The notes under the pieces are model-generated. The model was not told the origin of the DNA. It saw only the letters and a program-made list of their open reading frames with translations, and made no database searches. DNA of 64,000 nucleotides. Source: Batkoa obscura (lineage: Eukaryota). Shown one piece after another: positions 1-12,816 of the stretch. Position numbers and translations under genes: made by a program. Where the stretch lies: positions 992,001-1,056,000 of the forward strand of contig JASVEC010000001.1 in assembly GCA_030770535.1 (NCBI GenBank), given 5' to 3'. The number at the start of each line of letters is the position of its first letter. Positions within the stretch are counted from its first letter, which is position 1.

Positions 1-950
1 TTTATTTTATGCATGTACTCAATTATACCAAACAATTAGTTTAAAAGGGGATATTAGTGGAATAATACTACAACAAAAATTGGATGAGCTACCGAGTACA
101 GCCACAATCATTAATTTGGAAATAAGTATAATAGTCATTTTAGTATTATTTGCAACTTCATTTGCTTTTGTTGCTTACAAGCTTTATCAAGAATATGGAT
201 GGAATTTATACAAACGTATTGGGGCCGATTTACAATTGAAAAGTAAATATACATTAACAATAATATGATAAGTGATAACATTTGATTAGGAATGTTTATG
301 GTTTACCACGTTTTTGTAATGATATTAAAATTTGATATTTTATTCTTTATATCATTTTCAACACAATATCTCGTACTCGTTCTTTACCCCGAAAATAACC
401 TTTCAACTAGTTTTATAGTACATCTCACTGTTTCGTTGGGTATCTGTATTGTATTGTCCTCTCTTGCATTTTGGTCAGTAAGTATAACTAAACTGTTTTT
501 TAAATTAGCACTAAAAGTAATACTCAGGTACGTACTGAAAGTAAATATGGGATAGCTGCATTTGCAGTTGGATGTATAGGGGTTTTGGGATACTTTATTA
601 GTAAATTATATGACATTTATCTAAAAGGAAGTGATTCGGAACGTGCGGAGAGGTTTGGATCATCCAGGATAACTCTAACTGTATTTATAACTTTTTGTAT
701 ATTATTTTCAATAGTAATTTTATTTAATTACAATTTCATCAAATGGTAACAATATTTTTAGCTGACAGTAATTGGTTCTATATTTTGTTATCGTAATTTT
801 GGCCGTGGACTCAAAGATATAAGTAATGAATTTTTGATATTTATTTTATACATATTTATTTTGAGTTTAGTTAATAATAATCACCACGGTAAACTACTTC
901 CAGATGAAAGAGCAAATACACGTAGTAATTCTAGATGGTCTTTAGATTAG
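1..950 (+). CDS. Multi-pass membrane protein, UPF0658 Golgi membrane protein-like (5' end outside window, multi-exon)
   Basis: Exons give AYKLYQEYGWNLYKRIGADL..MFMVYHVFVMILKFDILFF..NFGRGLK, motifs I recognise from this fungal family; GT-AG introns; ends SRWSLD* at 948-950. Confidence 0.65.
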
Positions 951-1702
951 AAAGCTCTAAAATTTCAATTGAATATTAGAATGTATAAATATTCAAACGC
1001 AACTTATTTTTAATATACACAACTAATTTATATAAGTGAGGTTATGGAAGAGTAATACTCGAATTTAGTTTGCTATTTATTGTTGATATTATTTTTTAAT
1101 TCTTAAATAGTGGAAGACATTAATCAAATACATTTTTTTATAATAAAGTAGTTTAAATAATAGTAATCGTATTTTTAGTTTTAAGTTTAATATGATGTTG
1201 TTTTAGTAAAAATTGTACTTATGAATATTATTTGTATTCAATAACTAAATAATATTACCATAGAGTTGTAACAAACCATTAATAGAAATGAAAAAAGGTA
1301 ACCAATAGTTAATAATGCCCTCTTTGACTTATCACCCCCTCCTGATCTTGATAATTTCATCTTTATTACCTGGATTAAACATGAAGCCCCAGCGATCTTT
1401 GAACTCAAGAAATAGTTAAATATAACATAAAATTAAACCTGATTTTACCATGAATCAATGTTAAATACAGTCTAAATTTAAAATTTTATTGCTCATTAAA
1501 TTGTTTAATAATTAAAAATGATAAACCATCCTATTTTATCCAAATTCCAGCTATTTCAGGCATAATAAAAATACAATACAATTTTAATATACTTTATTTC
1601 TATATTATTTCTATATTGTTTTAACTTTATTACAAAAAATTCTAATGGATTTTTCATTTTATGCTATACTTTTTTACTCACTATCGTTTGAAAATAAAGA
1701 AC

Positions 1703-2713
1703 TTAATCATCCGATTCATTTTCGTCTGACTCATTCTCTTCTGATTCATCTTCATTAGATTCACTTTCTTCTGATTTACTTTCATTTGACTCGTTATCTT
1801 CTGATTCATCATCTTCTGATTCATCATCTTCTTGGTCAGTTCCTTCATCTTTACCAAAGAAATCATCATTATCAATATTACCTTTAGGTTCTTCAGTTTC
1901 TTCTAATAATCTCATTTAGATTTCATCTTATAACAATTTAATCATTTTACCTTTAACGGAACCAGCAGTAGTAGTATCATCCTTTTTAGAAAATGTGGTG
2001 CTATTAGTTGCTTTTTTAGGAAGTTTTCCTTCCAAAACTTGTAATTTAATTTGCTCTCGAATCTCTGTTTTTCTAATATTTGACTTTGTACCAGTTTGAT
2101 CTTCAGTTGCATTATTGGGGTATAAAGAAATGTATTTTTCAGTCATAGGGAAGTGCTAAGATGATAAGATTTTAATTCCAAAAAGATAACTAAAAACTTA
2201 CTAAAATATAGTTCAAGTCAACATTAGCTTCAAGTAATTCCAACTCTAATGATCCTTTTTTATCGTCATCTTCTGTTTCCATTAATTCTTTTTCTATCTT
2301 TCTGATTTTCCTTTCTACTTTCTTTTTTTCAAAGAACATTACCATTTTATACTTATCTCTGTTTTCTTTGAGCTTCTTTTCTAATTCGCTTTCTTCTATT
2401 TGAATTTGTAATGCTTTGAGTTTACGTTCCATCTCCACTTTAACTTGGGTACTCAAGTTAGGCTAAATATTGACATTAATTCAAAATGAAATGATAAATT
2501 AAGTACCTTTTTTAAAAGTCGAATGGTATCTCTTAAACTCTTTTTAAGGTTTTTAGCCTTAGTAGCAACTTCGGTATTTTCACCATCTAGTTTTTTAAAT
2601 GATTGATGCTTTGGTTTTGACTCTACTTCATCCCTTTGTTCAACTTGTGGCTTTTTTCTCTTAGCTATTGGGGTCCTGTTAGCATTGCTATTGTCTATTC
2701 TTTTATTTACCAT
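1703..2713 (-). CDS. EFG1: rRNA-processing protein Efg1 (multi-exon)
   Basis: Spliced product ..LKKSLRDTIRLLKK..KYKMVMFFEKKKVERKIRK..VDLNYIL/HFPMTEKYISLYP..DDFF plus acidic tail; matches Efg1 motifs (KYxxVxFFExxK, DLNYxxxFP..KYISL). Confidence 0.85.
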
Positions 2714-3128
2714 TTTAAAACTGAATCGAATTTGATTAAAAAATAGTTTGATAATAAAAGTTTCGAAAATTAGAATTTACAGTTTTACACAAATTAACAT
2801 AATGCTTTTACATGAAACATTGGCTTTTTTAATATGTACAATTTTACAAGTTAACTCATTTTTCAAAAGATAATAAATTAGTTATAAGTTTTAATAAGAG
2901 ACTCATAATATTCATATATAAGCTCTATTGGTTCACATATTTAATATAAACTTTAAACATCTCTATCCCAAATCAAATCAAATAGCTACTAGCACTTATC
3001 TAGTATATTCGAAATAACTTGAAGCTATTAAAAAGCATAAATTTCAAGAGCGTTATTTTTATTATTAAAATTGAAATATAATATACACTATCAAAGCTTT
3101 ATTATTTTTTGATCACCTTTTAAAGTAT

Positions 3129-3224
3129 GGATAAGTGTTTTTTTGGTTTCATCACTTTTCTATTTAAGTGCTATTTAAGTGGAAAAATTGCTAGTAAAAT
3201 TCTTAAACAAAAAAATATATCTCC
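3129..3224 (+). mobile_element. ~98 bp MITE family A copy (degenerate TIRs)
   Basis: Matches consensus GGGGATGTTTTTTTGGTTTCATYACTTTTTCCATTTTTTAAGCGCTATTTGAGTGGAAAAATTGTTAGTAAAATTCTTAAACAAAAAATACATCCCC. Confidence 0.85.
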
Positions 3225-3518
3225 ATATTTAATTATTTATTGTTTCAATATTCAAATTTTAATTCCATCCAAAAAATTTTACAAAAATGGTTCAAAACCT
3301 TAAAAAATCATGAAGATCTGAAAGAGAAAAAAAAGCCAAAATTAGAAGTGTATATGAAAATCAAAGCAATAGACTAACTAAAAATAATAAAGAATGATCA
3401 ACTAAAGAATGACTTAAAGGTAGATCAGTATTCTAAAATATGAACATTTTTCTGAGCTAACTCTTATCTTATTTTTTTCTATTTAGGTTGACCCTATTCC
3501 ATATATTACTTTAAAATT

Positions 3519-4229
3519 ATGAAGTTAAATAATTTCTTCTTATTTTTGTTTACCAGTGTAGCATTAGCTGGTGTTATTAATCAAGACACTGTTGATAATG
3601 AGAATGGGCTTGCTTTCGCTGATGATGCATTACTAGAACTTAATTCGAATGTGGATTATGGTAAATCGACTGTCGATGTAAAGGATGAAGCAGACGATAA
3701 AGCAGTCGCAATATTAGACATATTGAAGCCTGGTATATTAGGACCCTTATTGTTAGAAGGCAAAAACTTTGATTATGAGAAAATTGGTCTTAGCAAGAAA
3801 AATTATTTTATAATGAAAAATATATTATTGCCTAGATTAAAGAGTAAAGTAATCAAAGAAGTTAAGAACGCATTGAAGAAAATACGTAAAGGAAAATCCA
3901 GCGCAGAGATCAAGAAGAATTATCGAGATAGTATTGATCTTATTGCTGGCTCGAACTTGGGCGAGCTTGAGGACAAAACTTTGAAGGATCTAGTTAAGAG
4001 GTTCGGGAACAACAAAGAGTACCTCAGTGATATTCCTATCCTTATTATTTATCTCAAGGATTTATTTGAAGGTGAAGTACTTAAGGTAGTCGATGAATTT
4101 TTCACTGAATGTAACCAATACAGACCTGATGTAGCTATAGTATTGAAAAAGACCATTGATAAAATCCAGAGTAACTTTAGAATTTTCCCTAAGGATTACT
4201 ACAAATCATTAAAAAATGCCTACCATTAA
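3519..4229 (+). CDS. Predicted secreted protein of unknown function, 236 aa, intronless
   Basis: Long ORF; signal-peptide-like N-terminus MKLNNFFLFLFTSVALA; acidic pro-region followed by a Lys/Leu-rich helical-looking region. Confidence 0.75.
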   Translation: MKLNNFFLFLFTSVALAGVINQDTVDNENGLAFADDALLELNSNVDYGKSTVDVKDEADDKAVAILDILKPGILGPLLLEGKNFDYEKIGLSKKNYFIMKNILLPRLKSKVIKEVKNALKKIRKGKSSAEIKKNYRDSIDLIAGSNLGELEDKTLKDLVKRFGNNKEYLSDIPILIIYLKDLFEGEVLKVVDEFFTECNQYRPDVAIVLKKTIDKIQSNFRIFPKDYYKSLKNAYH

Positions 4230-4401
4230 TTAGATAAGCAAAATAAATTTTATTGATGATACTTTATAAATTTTGTTGATTATTTTTGTTTTTTTGAATA
4301 CATATTTTACACTTAATAGTACTCAAAACCCCAATCTATTTTAAAATAACCCCCATAAAGGTTAATTTCTTTAATTTAAAAATTTGGTACAAACCGCATA
4401 T

Positions 4402-4498
4402 CGGGATGTATTTTTTGTTTAAGAATTTTACTAACAGTCTTTCCACTCAAATAGCACTTAAAAAATGGAAAAAGTGATGAAATCAAAAAAACACCTCT
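4402..4498 (-). mobile_element. MITE family A copy
   Basis: Reverse complement of consensus. Confidence 0.85.
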
Positions 4499-4745
4499 AT
4501 GATACTTTATTCTCACATTTTAAATATACTATTTTACTTAATGTTAACAATTGACAGTATAAATTTATTTAATTTTATATAAAAACGCTGATAAGAAATA
4601 GTAAAAGGAATAAATTTTAATTAGGTATAAATAAGCATTTAGAATCTTGACATTATTGTAAACTAGTTCACAAGAACAAAATATTTTTAAATTAATAGTT
4701 TTTTTTAACTAAAAATTGCACTTTTAAATCAAAAAACACTATTAA

Positions 4746-6037
4746 CTAGCTATTTTTTCGTTGATAGTTGTAATCCATTTATCTCTTTCAGATTCATCTT
4801 TACTAGCTAGTTTATATGTTCTTCTTGATGTTTTGAATTTAAAACAGTGTGCTCTCGATTTAGAGGTTGTCGTAGCTAAAGTTACTTCCGATATGTCTTT
4901 TAATGGGATCATAGCTAATAACTCATATTCCTAAAACGTTATTTTAGTTTAGTTTCAAACTTATTTAATTTATCAAATACCCTTTCATCTTTATAGTAGC
5001 ACAGATTATCTGCTCTTAACACAAACCATCTTTTACGCCAGGCCTACCAAATTAAGTTAACTTTATAAAACTGGTAGCTATAAGATAAATTACTCTGTAT
5101 CCTTCACAATGTTTGTATAGAATGCCTTGCATATAAATTGAATTGTCCGTGCTAGAAGGTATTGCTGATAAATCCAAACCCAAACTATTCATAGGAGGTG
5201 AGGAGGATACTCCGACTGGGGTAGTCGGAGAATAATAGCTTTGATCCAAATTATTATCGCCTTCTAAATCGGAATAATCGCTAGTTAAATCTAAAGCTTC
5301 ATGAGGGAAAGGTGTTGAATGGGAAGGGTTGGAAGAAAATGACCCAGCAGACAAATGCTTTGAGGCCCAAGAACCATCTGAATCTGAGCCACTTTTTTTG
5401 TGTTCTTTCTTTTCGTTCAATATAGCTATTATGTTTGGCTCAGAGAGTGGCATTGATTCCCTTGCTTGTAACAACGTTTTGATCCAATCTTTTCTATCGT
5501 CAGAATCATAACATTGGAAATAGTATTTCTTTTTTGGTGTTCCGATTATAAATACGTTTTCTCGCTTTTTCTTATTATATTCTTCGATTTTTGATGTACG
5601 AAATAAATCAATGCTATTTTGAAGTTCATACTCCTAAGTAATTTAGATTAAAAATATACTAGAATTTAGATTTAATTTACTTTATCGTCTTTATATATTG
5701 ACAGTACATGATTTCTTAATACCAACCATCGAGTTTTCCATTGCTATTTTCTTAGTTAGTTAGTTTAAAATTTAGGTTTGTTTATTTACGTTTCTAGCTC
5801 GAAATCTTTTTTCAACATAACCAGACTTAAGTGTCCTATTTTCTTCTATTGCTTGTTGTGAAATAACATGTGTATATGGTTCCATCTCCCGTCCAATATC
5901 AGATTCTTCAGTAATATCAAAATTTTGTTCCGTTGGAGTAGTTACCGCTGGTAATGGCTTACAGAAACTCTAATTGAAACTTTAACTATAATCTAGTAAA
6001 ACATAAGTAAAATTACCGGTTGAAATTCGGAGTTCAT
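4746..6037 (-). CDS. Tandem PH-domain protein (Opy1-like), multi-exon
   Basis: Two PH domains after splicing: LKSGYVEKRF..WKTRWLVLR..VFIIGTPKKKYYFQCYDSDDRKDWIKTL and MQGILYK..WRKRWFVLR..CFKFKTSRRTYKL..WITTI; Ser-rich linker. Confidence 0.8.
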
Positions 6038-6949
6038 AGTGTATAAATTAAAATAAATAAAAGTGAATAAAATTAATGATAGAGTTCTATCTAAATTCTT
6101 CTGAACATGACTACATAACCTAATTCATTAAATTTTATTAGTGTTGAGCTTTTCCCCATTTTATAACCCCAATCAGATCGTGATTTTGACTAGTGATTGA
6201 CCCAGTTATTTGTGCATTTTTTCAAGTCATTTGCTTTTATGGTTCGAAAACATATGGACTGCAAAATCAGCAACAAGTAGAAAGCTTATTGGCCTGGTAT
6301 TTTGGTGACCTAAGCAAAATGGTCTATTTAAGTCGATAGGGCTTTTAGAATTAGTTAAATTAATCATACTTCTATACTTGGGAATATTATTTTAACACTT
6401 TAGTTTTATTAAGGATTTTTGAGCCTAGAAAGTAGCTTTAATTATATTCGCTAATGTTTTGTAATTTAGAAGTTGTTGGATAACTAAAAATTTCTATTGT
6501 TTTAATGTAAGATAATGTCTTCGAGCAAAATGATGTTATTAAAATCATATTTCTAACTAGAAATAGCCCTTTAATGTCATGATCGTGATTTACTGAGATG
6601 TTAATTTATTTATTGAAATTGTTTGGTAACTTTATATTAGTAAAATATGGGCAAAAATAAGGTAAAAGTTAGTTATTTTATAAATATTCTAGGAGTTGAG
6701 TAATATTCAAACCACAAAATATTATATTTAAACATTGATGCTTAGTGAAAAGTTATAAAACAAAGTTTTATGATATATGGGAATCCAAGTGAGATACTCC
6801 CCATTATTTTTCAGAATTTAACTAATGTTTTTAAACACAATCTAATATCTTGACAATGGTAATCAATTGTAAAAAAAATAGCTATTCTACAAAAACTGAT
6901 TATTTTTAGCTGAAAATTATACTATAATTAAAATAAAGTTTAAAAATTT

Positions 6950-7278
6950 CTTAAAAAAGGGAAAAAGTAATGAAACTAAAAAAACACTCTTGTATTTTAC
7001 TTTTCAATTATTTGTCTACTTTTTACTTAAAATTGTAAAAAAATATAACAATGAACTTAGTAGTTGAATAAAAATATAAGGGTGTTTTTTTAGTTTCATT
7101 ACTTTTTCCCTTTTTTTAAGCGCTATTTAAGTGGAAAAATTGTTAGTAAAATTTTTAAATATAGAAATACATCCCCATATGATATATGGAAATCTTTTTT
7201 GGTTTTATTACTTTTTCCATTTTTTAAGCACTGTTGAACGTAAATAATAATAACCTTCTTAAATAAAGAAACATCTCC
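6950..7278. mobile_element. Cluster of three MITE family A pieces: partial minus copy ~6950-6992, full copy 7079-7176, degenerate copy 7188-7278
   Basis: Consensus matches; ATAT flanks; the partial copy is a near-exact inverted duplicate of the 5' half of the 7079 copy. Confidence 0.8.
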
Positions 7279-7445
7279 ATATATAAAATAAAAAGACGTA
7301 TTTTTAACAAAAATTGAATAATAAGATAAAAAAATTTACAAACAGTATATAAAAAATTCATTATCGTTTAAAATAAATAATCAACTCAATAGTTGAACTA
7401 AACAAAACCTTCTTTAATATATTGAAAGTACAAGTTGATAACTCT

Positions 7446-10345
7446 TTAATTCTGTTGTTTAGCAACCCTCGAGAATATTGCAAAGAGGTCATTGATTGTA
7501 AATTCCAAAGTTATATTGGATCCGGGGTAGCAGGACTTAATAAGTTCACTCATTTTTTTATGCTGGTTAATAAATTCTTCTTGAATTTCTCTCCATATCA
7601 CCTGTAATAATCCTTCTTCTTCACTAAAATGCTTTTTAACTCTGGTGTACAAGACTAAAATAGATTTCCTAATCTAAAATAAAGTATGAAAAAAGAGATA
7701 AATAAATAAAAATAAAAGTACCTCGTCTGCTGGAAACATAACAATAACTTTCTTAAGCGCTGTTTTATTATAAGAATTATTAAATCCAACTTCTTCAGGA
7801 GATCTACTACGGAGAAGTGCTTCAATGCCTTCAAAAAACTCCTAAATAAATGTATAAATATAAAAAAGAAACTCTTTGATACTATGCTTACTAATAATTT
7901 CCCTAATGGACGTTTAATAACGTCTTTAACATAAGCCTGTAAATGTGTGTTATATGAGCTACGAGCTTGTTCATTAAAGCCCCCAATAGTTGAATTCTTT
8001 TTGTATCTGCCAGTTTCCATATAAAAGTAGTGCATATTTTCTTAAGGATTATATTATTAATTATCTTGTCTACTATGAACTATTTTACCTAAAATGATAA
8101 TATGAAGATTTAACTGTTCCTTTTCTAAATGCTCAGATTGCTTTGCAGAAACTTCTAAATTATCAAACATAACATTGACAATTTTTTGATAACATTTATC
8201 CATTTGTTGACGTATGGGGGTTTCTGCACTACCAATAAAGGCCTCCATTCGATTCAAAAATTCCTAAGTGAGATATTAGAATAATTTTTATTAATATGTT
8301 CATATTTACTGGGAACGTCTTGAAAAAAGATAGAATACCACTTCTTTTTTTACCAGAAACCTGTAACTCTTTTATTGCTTTCACTTGTTCATCCTTTCAA
8401 TAATTTTAAAATAAAATAAATAAAACAATTATAAATCTTACAACATTCTTATCAAGATGCATACGGAAAAGACTATGCACATTATTTAAATTTTTTAAAA
8501 GGAACTCTTGGTTACTGTTTTCACATCTTTCAATAAATGTTTCCGCTTTGACTAAAAGTACGACCAACAATCTAGAACCGTTATTTTCAATTCAAATATA
8601 GTTAATTAAACTTACGTCCAATCAAATTTGATCAACGTTTCACCAAGAGCGCTTAACTCTGATGATAAATTCGAGAACATGGTTTCCATATTTTCACTAA
8701 AAAAATTAGTATGAAAATAAACTGAAATAAAAATAGGTACGAGATTCTTTTACGAATTTTCACATCATTCTGAGCTTTACGGAGTCCAAGAAGATCAGAA
8801 TCTTTGATAGGTGCTTGATATTTTTCCCATTCTCTTACCCATTGTTGAAAATCTAATGATTTTACCCCAATATGGAACATTAAAGTAAAAAAATTCTGCT
8901 CTTTAATAATATCTGGAAAAATAACGTTTAATATTTGATTTAAAACCTATTAGAATTTTAGTCATGGTTTTAATTTTATGCATATCAGACTTACAACATC
9001 AGGTGGTTGTTTTGGGTCTGTAACAATATCTGAGCCAGTTCGACGATGTAAAGTGGGACCAAGTTTATTTGAGCTTGGGTTTGTGAATACTTGAATACTG
9101 ATTTTATTAAATCTATTAAAAAAATAAACAAAGGCTTACAATATTTTACGTCATCCGTATTAGCTTTCTTCAAAAAAGTTAAACTTCTAAATGTCTCAGA
9201 AAGGCCTTTGTATTCTGAGCTATAGATATTTCCAACCGCAGCTGAGTAAGCCTAAGTACAATAAACAAAAAGTAGAGTAGCAATATATAATGATTACATG
9301 TTGGAGCTCATTGTGCCTACTAGGATCCATTTCACTTAGCCATAGTGTTAAACCTCTAAATTTTGAAAGTTCTTCTTTTATATTTTTCATATCAATTCTT
9401 AATTTTGTGCCTTTTCCTTGCCCAGTAAGGGCAGTATTTACCTATTAAAAAATTAGAAAACTACTTAAAAATAGTTTGGGCAGCTTACTTGATAATTGAA
9501 CATAACTTTTAAATATTCAAAAGCACGCGATGAGAAATTGTTCGCTTGAAGAATGTTGGCTTCCATTTGCTCGTTTATAACCGACATGTCTTTAACACCT
9601 TCCTCATAGTTTGTTTTAATGGTTCTTTGTATAGAAGCTGCGGCATCTAAAATTGTTTTCATACCACCTTCAGTTTCAAACTTAGTTTTTCTAAGTACAT
9701 CTGCTAAACTATCTGGAACAGAAACTTGCCCCTAATTCAAATTATAATAATGGCTGTTATATTGAAAAAATTATATCTACCAGGACTTTTTCAACCTCTT
9801 CAAGTAAATTTTGCTGATTGCGACTTTGTATTTGTAATGCCTCATTTAAAGATTGAATTTGAAATATATCATCACCCAATGACTAAGTGAAAGTTAAATA
9901 TAGAATAAAATATAAAGAAATAATATACATCTAACTCAGTTTTATATAGTGTCAGCCAACTGTCCACCCCATCTAATTCATAAATAGCTCTGTCTATTCT
10001 ATCAATAATTGCTTCAACTTGACCATCAGTTTCTAACACTGCACCTATATTAGCCTAAAAATCAATGCATTCATATAAGTTTGAAATATATAGTATTACT
10101 GTTTCTAATAAAGATAATTCATTTAGTAAACCAGACTCAAGTGCTGCTGCATCTTTTCCAGCTTTCCAGTGAAATTCTGTTAAAAGTTCTTCAACATTGA
10201 TAATCTCGTCATCTTCTCTACCTGCTCCTGGAGTGTTTATATCTACAGTAGTAGAGTTTGTACTAATATTGGACCTATTCTTTTCCATCTTTTGTGGGAT
10301 AGTTAAAAACCCTGCCCCACTACCCATATTGCCATTTTTTGTCAT
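7446..10345 (-). CDS. SEC3: Exocyst complex component Sec3 (many introns)
   Basis: VEELLTEFHWKAGKDAAALESGLLNELSLLETANI..LGDDIFQIQSLNEALQIQSRNQQNLLEE; C-terminus YVKDVIKRPLGKLL..LYTRVKKHFSEEEGLLQVIWREIQEEF..SCYPG, typical of fungal Sec3. Confidence 0.9.
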
Positions 10346-10445
10346 ATTAATTTTTATGAAAACGAATAGATAGAAATTTGAGCCACAATTTTATATGCTC
10401 TTTTTAAATCATTAAAACTCAGATTGACTTTCATTTCGAGTTAAA
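10346..10445. promoter_or_regulatory. 100-bp divergent intergenic region, probable bidirectional promoter SEC3/GWT1
   Basis: Start codons at 10345 (-) and 10446 (+) are 100 bp apart. Confidence 0.6.
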
Positions 10446-12127
10446 ATGAGTGATTATAAAGCGAGGAAAGAAGAATTTGTTAGTGGACTTAAAGGTTCCT
10501 CTATAAGTTGCGTAGTGTCTCTTGTTTCAACTACTTTGGTAAACTATAAATGAATGTTATAAACATAGAAATTAAACTTTTAAGATTACAGTAGCATTAT
10601 GGAAAATCGTGGGTGACTTTTTGATTTCGAAAAGAGTTTTAGAAAAGGTGAAAACATCAAGTAGCTATTTACAGATTTCAAAATGGGTGGTTTTCGATTT
10701 TGTATTATTGGCCCTTCCTCTTTTATTTTTTATGAATGGTTTAAATCATTTAACAACCAATTTTAATTTTTTTGGTCTAATAATCATACTGCTACATATC
10801 ACTGTTTTTCAAAAAAAATCAAGGAAGACATCTCATAATGTCTCAAATATCAACCAGCCTCAAAATAACATTCTCAACTTTATTACGGTTTATCGCTCAT
10901 TGTTGATGATGTTAACTTGTATTGGAATCTTAGCAGTTGATTTTCATACTTTTCCAAGATTTTTCGCCAAAGCAGAAACCTATGGTTCTTCACTAGTAAT
11001 TTTTATTAGTTTTATTAAAATCAAGTTACTTATTTCATAAGATGGACATGGGAGTCGGAAGTTTTGTATTTAGTTCTGGTATAATCTCCGCAAGAGCAAA
11101 AACGGATTCAAACACGAGCAAAATTTCAACGTTATATAAATCGCTTTTCCATTCAATTCCCTTGTGGATTTTAGGAATTATAAGACTAATTTCAGTAAAA
11201 GGCATCGAGTACCAGGTATTGTTAATTAAGCTTATTTACCGTATCAATTAATGGGTTATATTTAATTGTTTAGGAACATGTCACTGAATATGGAGTTCAT
11301 TGGAACTTTTTTTTTACTCTTGGTTGCTTATCAATACCTGTGGTATTAATTGAATATCTTTTCATGGGATCTTCATATATTGGTTGGGGAGTATTAGCTA
11401 TATATCAATTATTGTTAAGTTTTAGCTCATTGGAAAGTTATATTATATCCGACGTTAGAATACGAGGAGACATAATATCTATGAACCGAGAAGGTCTATT
11501 TTCACTTTGGGGTTAGTTACATATTTTATTTTAAAATTAATTTTATATAAATTAGGTTATATTTCAATCTTCTTGATTGCTAAGGATGTAGGAAAGGTAT
11601 TATTTTCACCCAACAAGGAAAAAACATATCCATCTCTATATTTTTATTCCCTACTATCTTTAATGATGTTTTGTACTAGCTATTATGTTTTCAATGTTGA
11701 AATTTCACGTAGACTGGTGAGACACTTATTTAATGTTTTATGTTTTGTTAATATTTTTAGTGTAATTTTTCCTATGTAGCTTGGGTTTCCGCTATAAATA
11801 TTATATTAGTTATGGCATTTAGACTACTAGAAGATACTTTGAATATCAAAAAGGCACCTATCATATTTCAAGCTATTAATTATAATAGTTTGTTTATATT
11901 CTTAATTGTAAGTATAATTTTAAACGGATGTTTATTAACTATAAGCCTGTTATTGATTTTAACCTATTTGGTAGGCTAACCTTCTTACGGGACTGGTGAA
12001 TATAACTGTACCTACTCTCGATGTAAGCAATTTTGTCGCTTATGTCATATTAATAGGATATATTGGTGCTGTCAATTGTATTTCAATGGCCTTATATTTA
12101 AAGCAAATCAAAGTGATTCGCTTTTAA
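10446..12127 (+). CDS. GWT1: GPI inositol acyltransferase Gwt1/PIG-W (multi-exon)
   Basis: [106 protein letters not shown]. Confidence 0.95.
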
Positions 12128-12816
12128 TAGAAAACAATACTTTATAATAAGGATTAAAAGTTGCTAAAACTTACACTGTTGTTTTTTGCTGAGACTATTT
12201 ATTATAAAGTCAATTATAGTATATTTATTTTGATTGTTAAAATTATTCTAAAAACGTATATCTGTTGATACTAAATCAAAGCTTTAGTAATATTGATAAA
12301 ACTAATTTACACAAAATAAGTTTAATTAATCTTCAAATAACATACATGGTTATCTCTTTCTTTATGCTGTTCCTATTCTTTAAGCTTAAAATTATAATAA
12401 ATTGTTAGCTATATTAATAATTCAAAAAATATACATATACCAATTATACACAATTTAATATTATTAATAGCTTAAACTACTGTATTGATATTTATAACGA
12501 ATATTACATGTCTTTGGTTTTCTTATTTGACATACTGCTAATAGTGTATTCTTATGCTTTTTAATTTACAAACATTATTTTTATAGTATAATAGTTAATA
12601 AAAAATCTAAAAAGCAAACGAATAAGTTAAATAATTTAAAAGCGCTACTATTTATTCTTAATTCCAGTTAAATATTTTTATCTGACAATATAGAATAATA
12701 GGGGTAAGATAATGAAAAATACTTAAAAGTAAAAATATAAATTCGTTTAAGGCTGTGATTAAAAATATTGCGATCAATAGTGCAATATTTTAAATTGTAG
12801 TATTAAAATTGACGGT

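Noticed and set aside
4746..6037. Tandem-PH gene as the split-off N-terminal domain of SEC3
   Set aside because: It lies downstream of SEC3 and has canonical Opy1-like PH domains, not the Sec3 type
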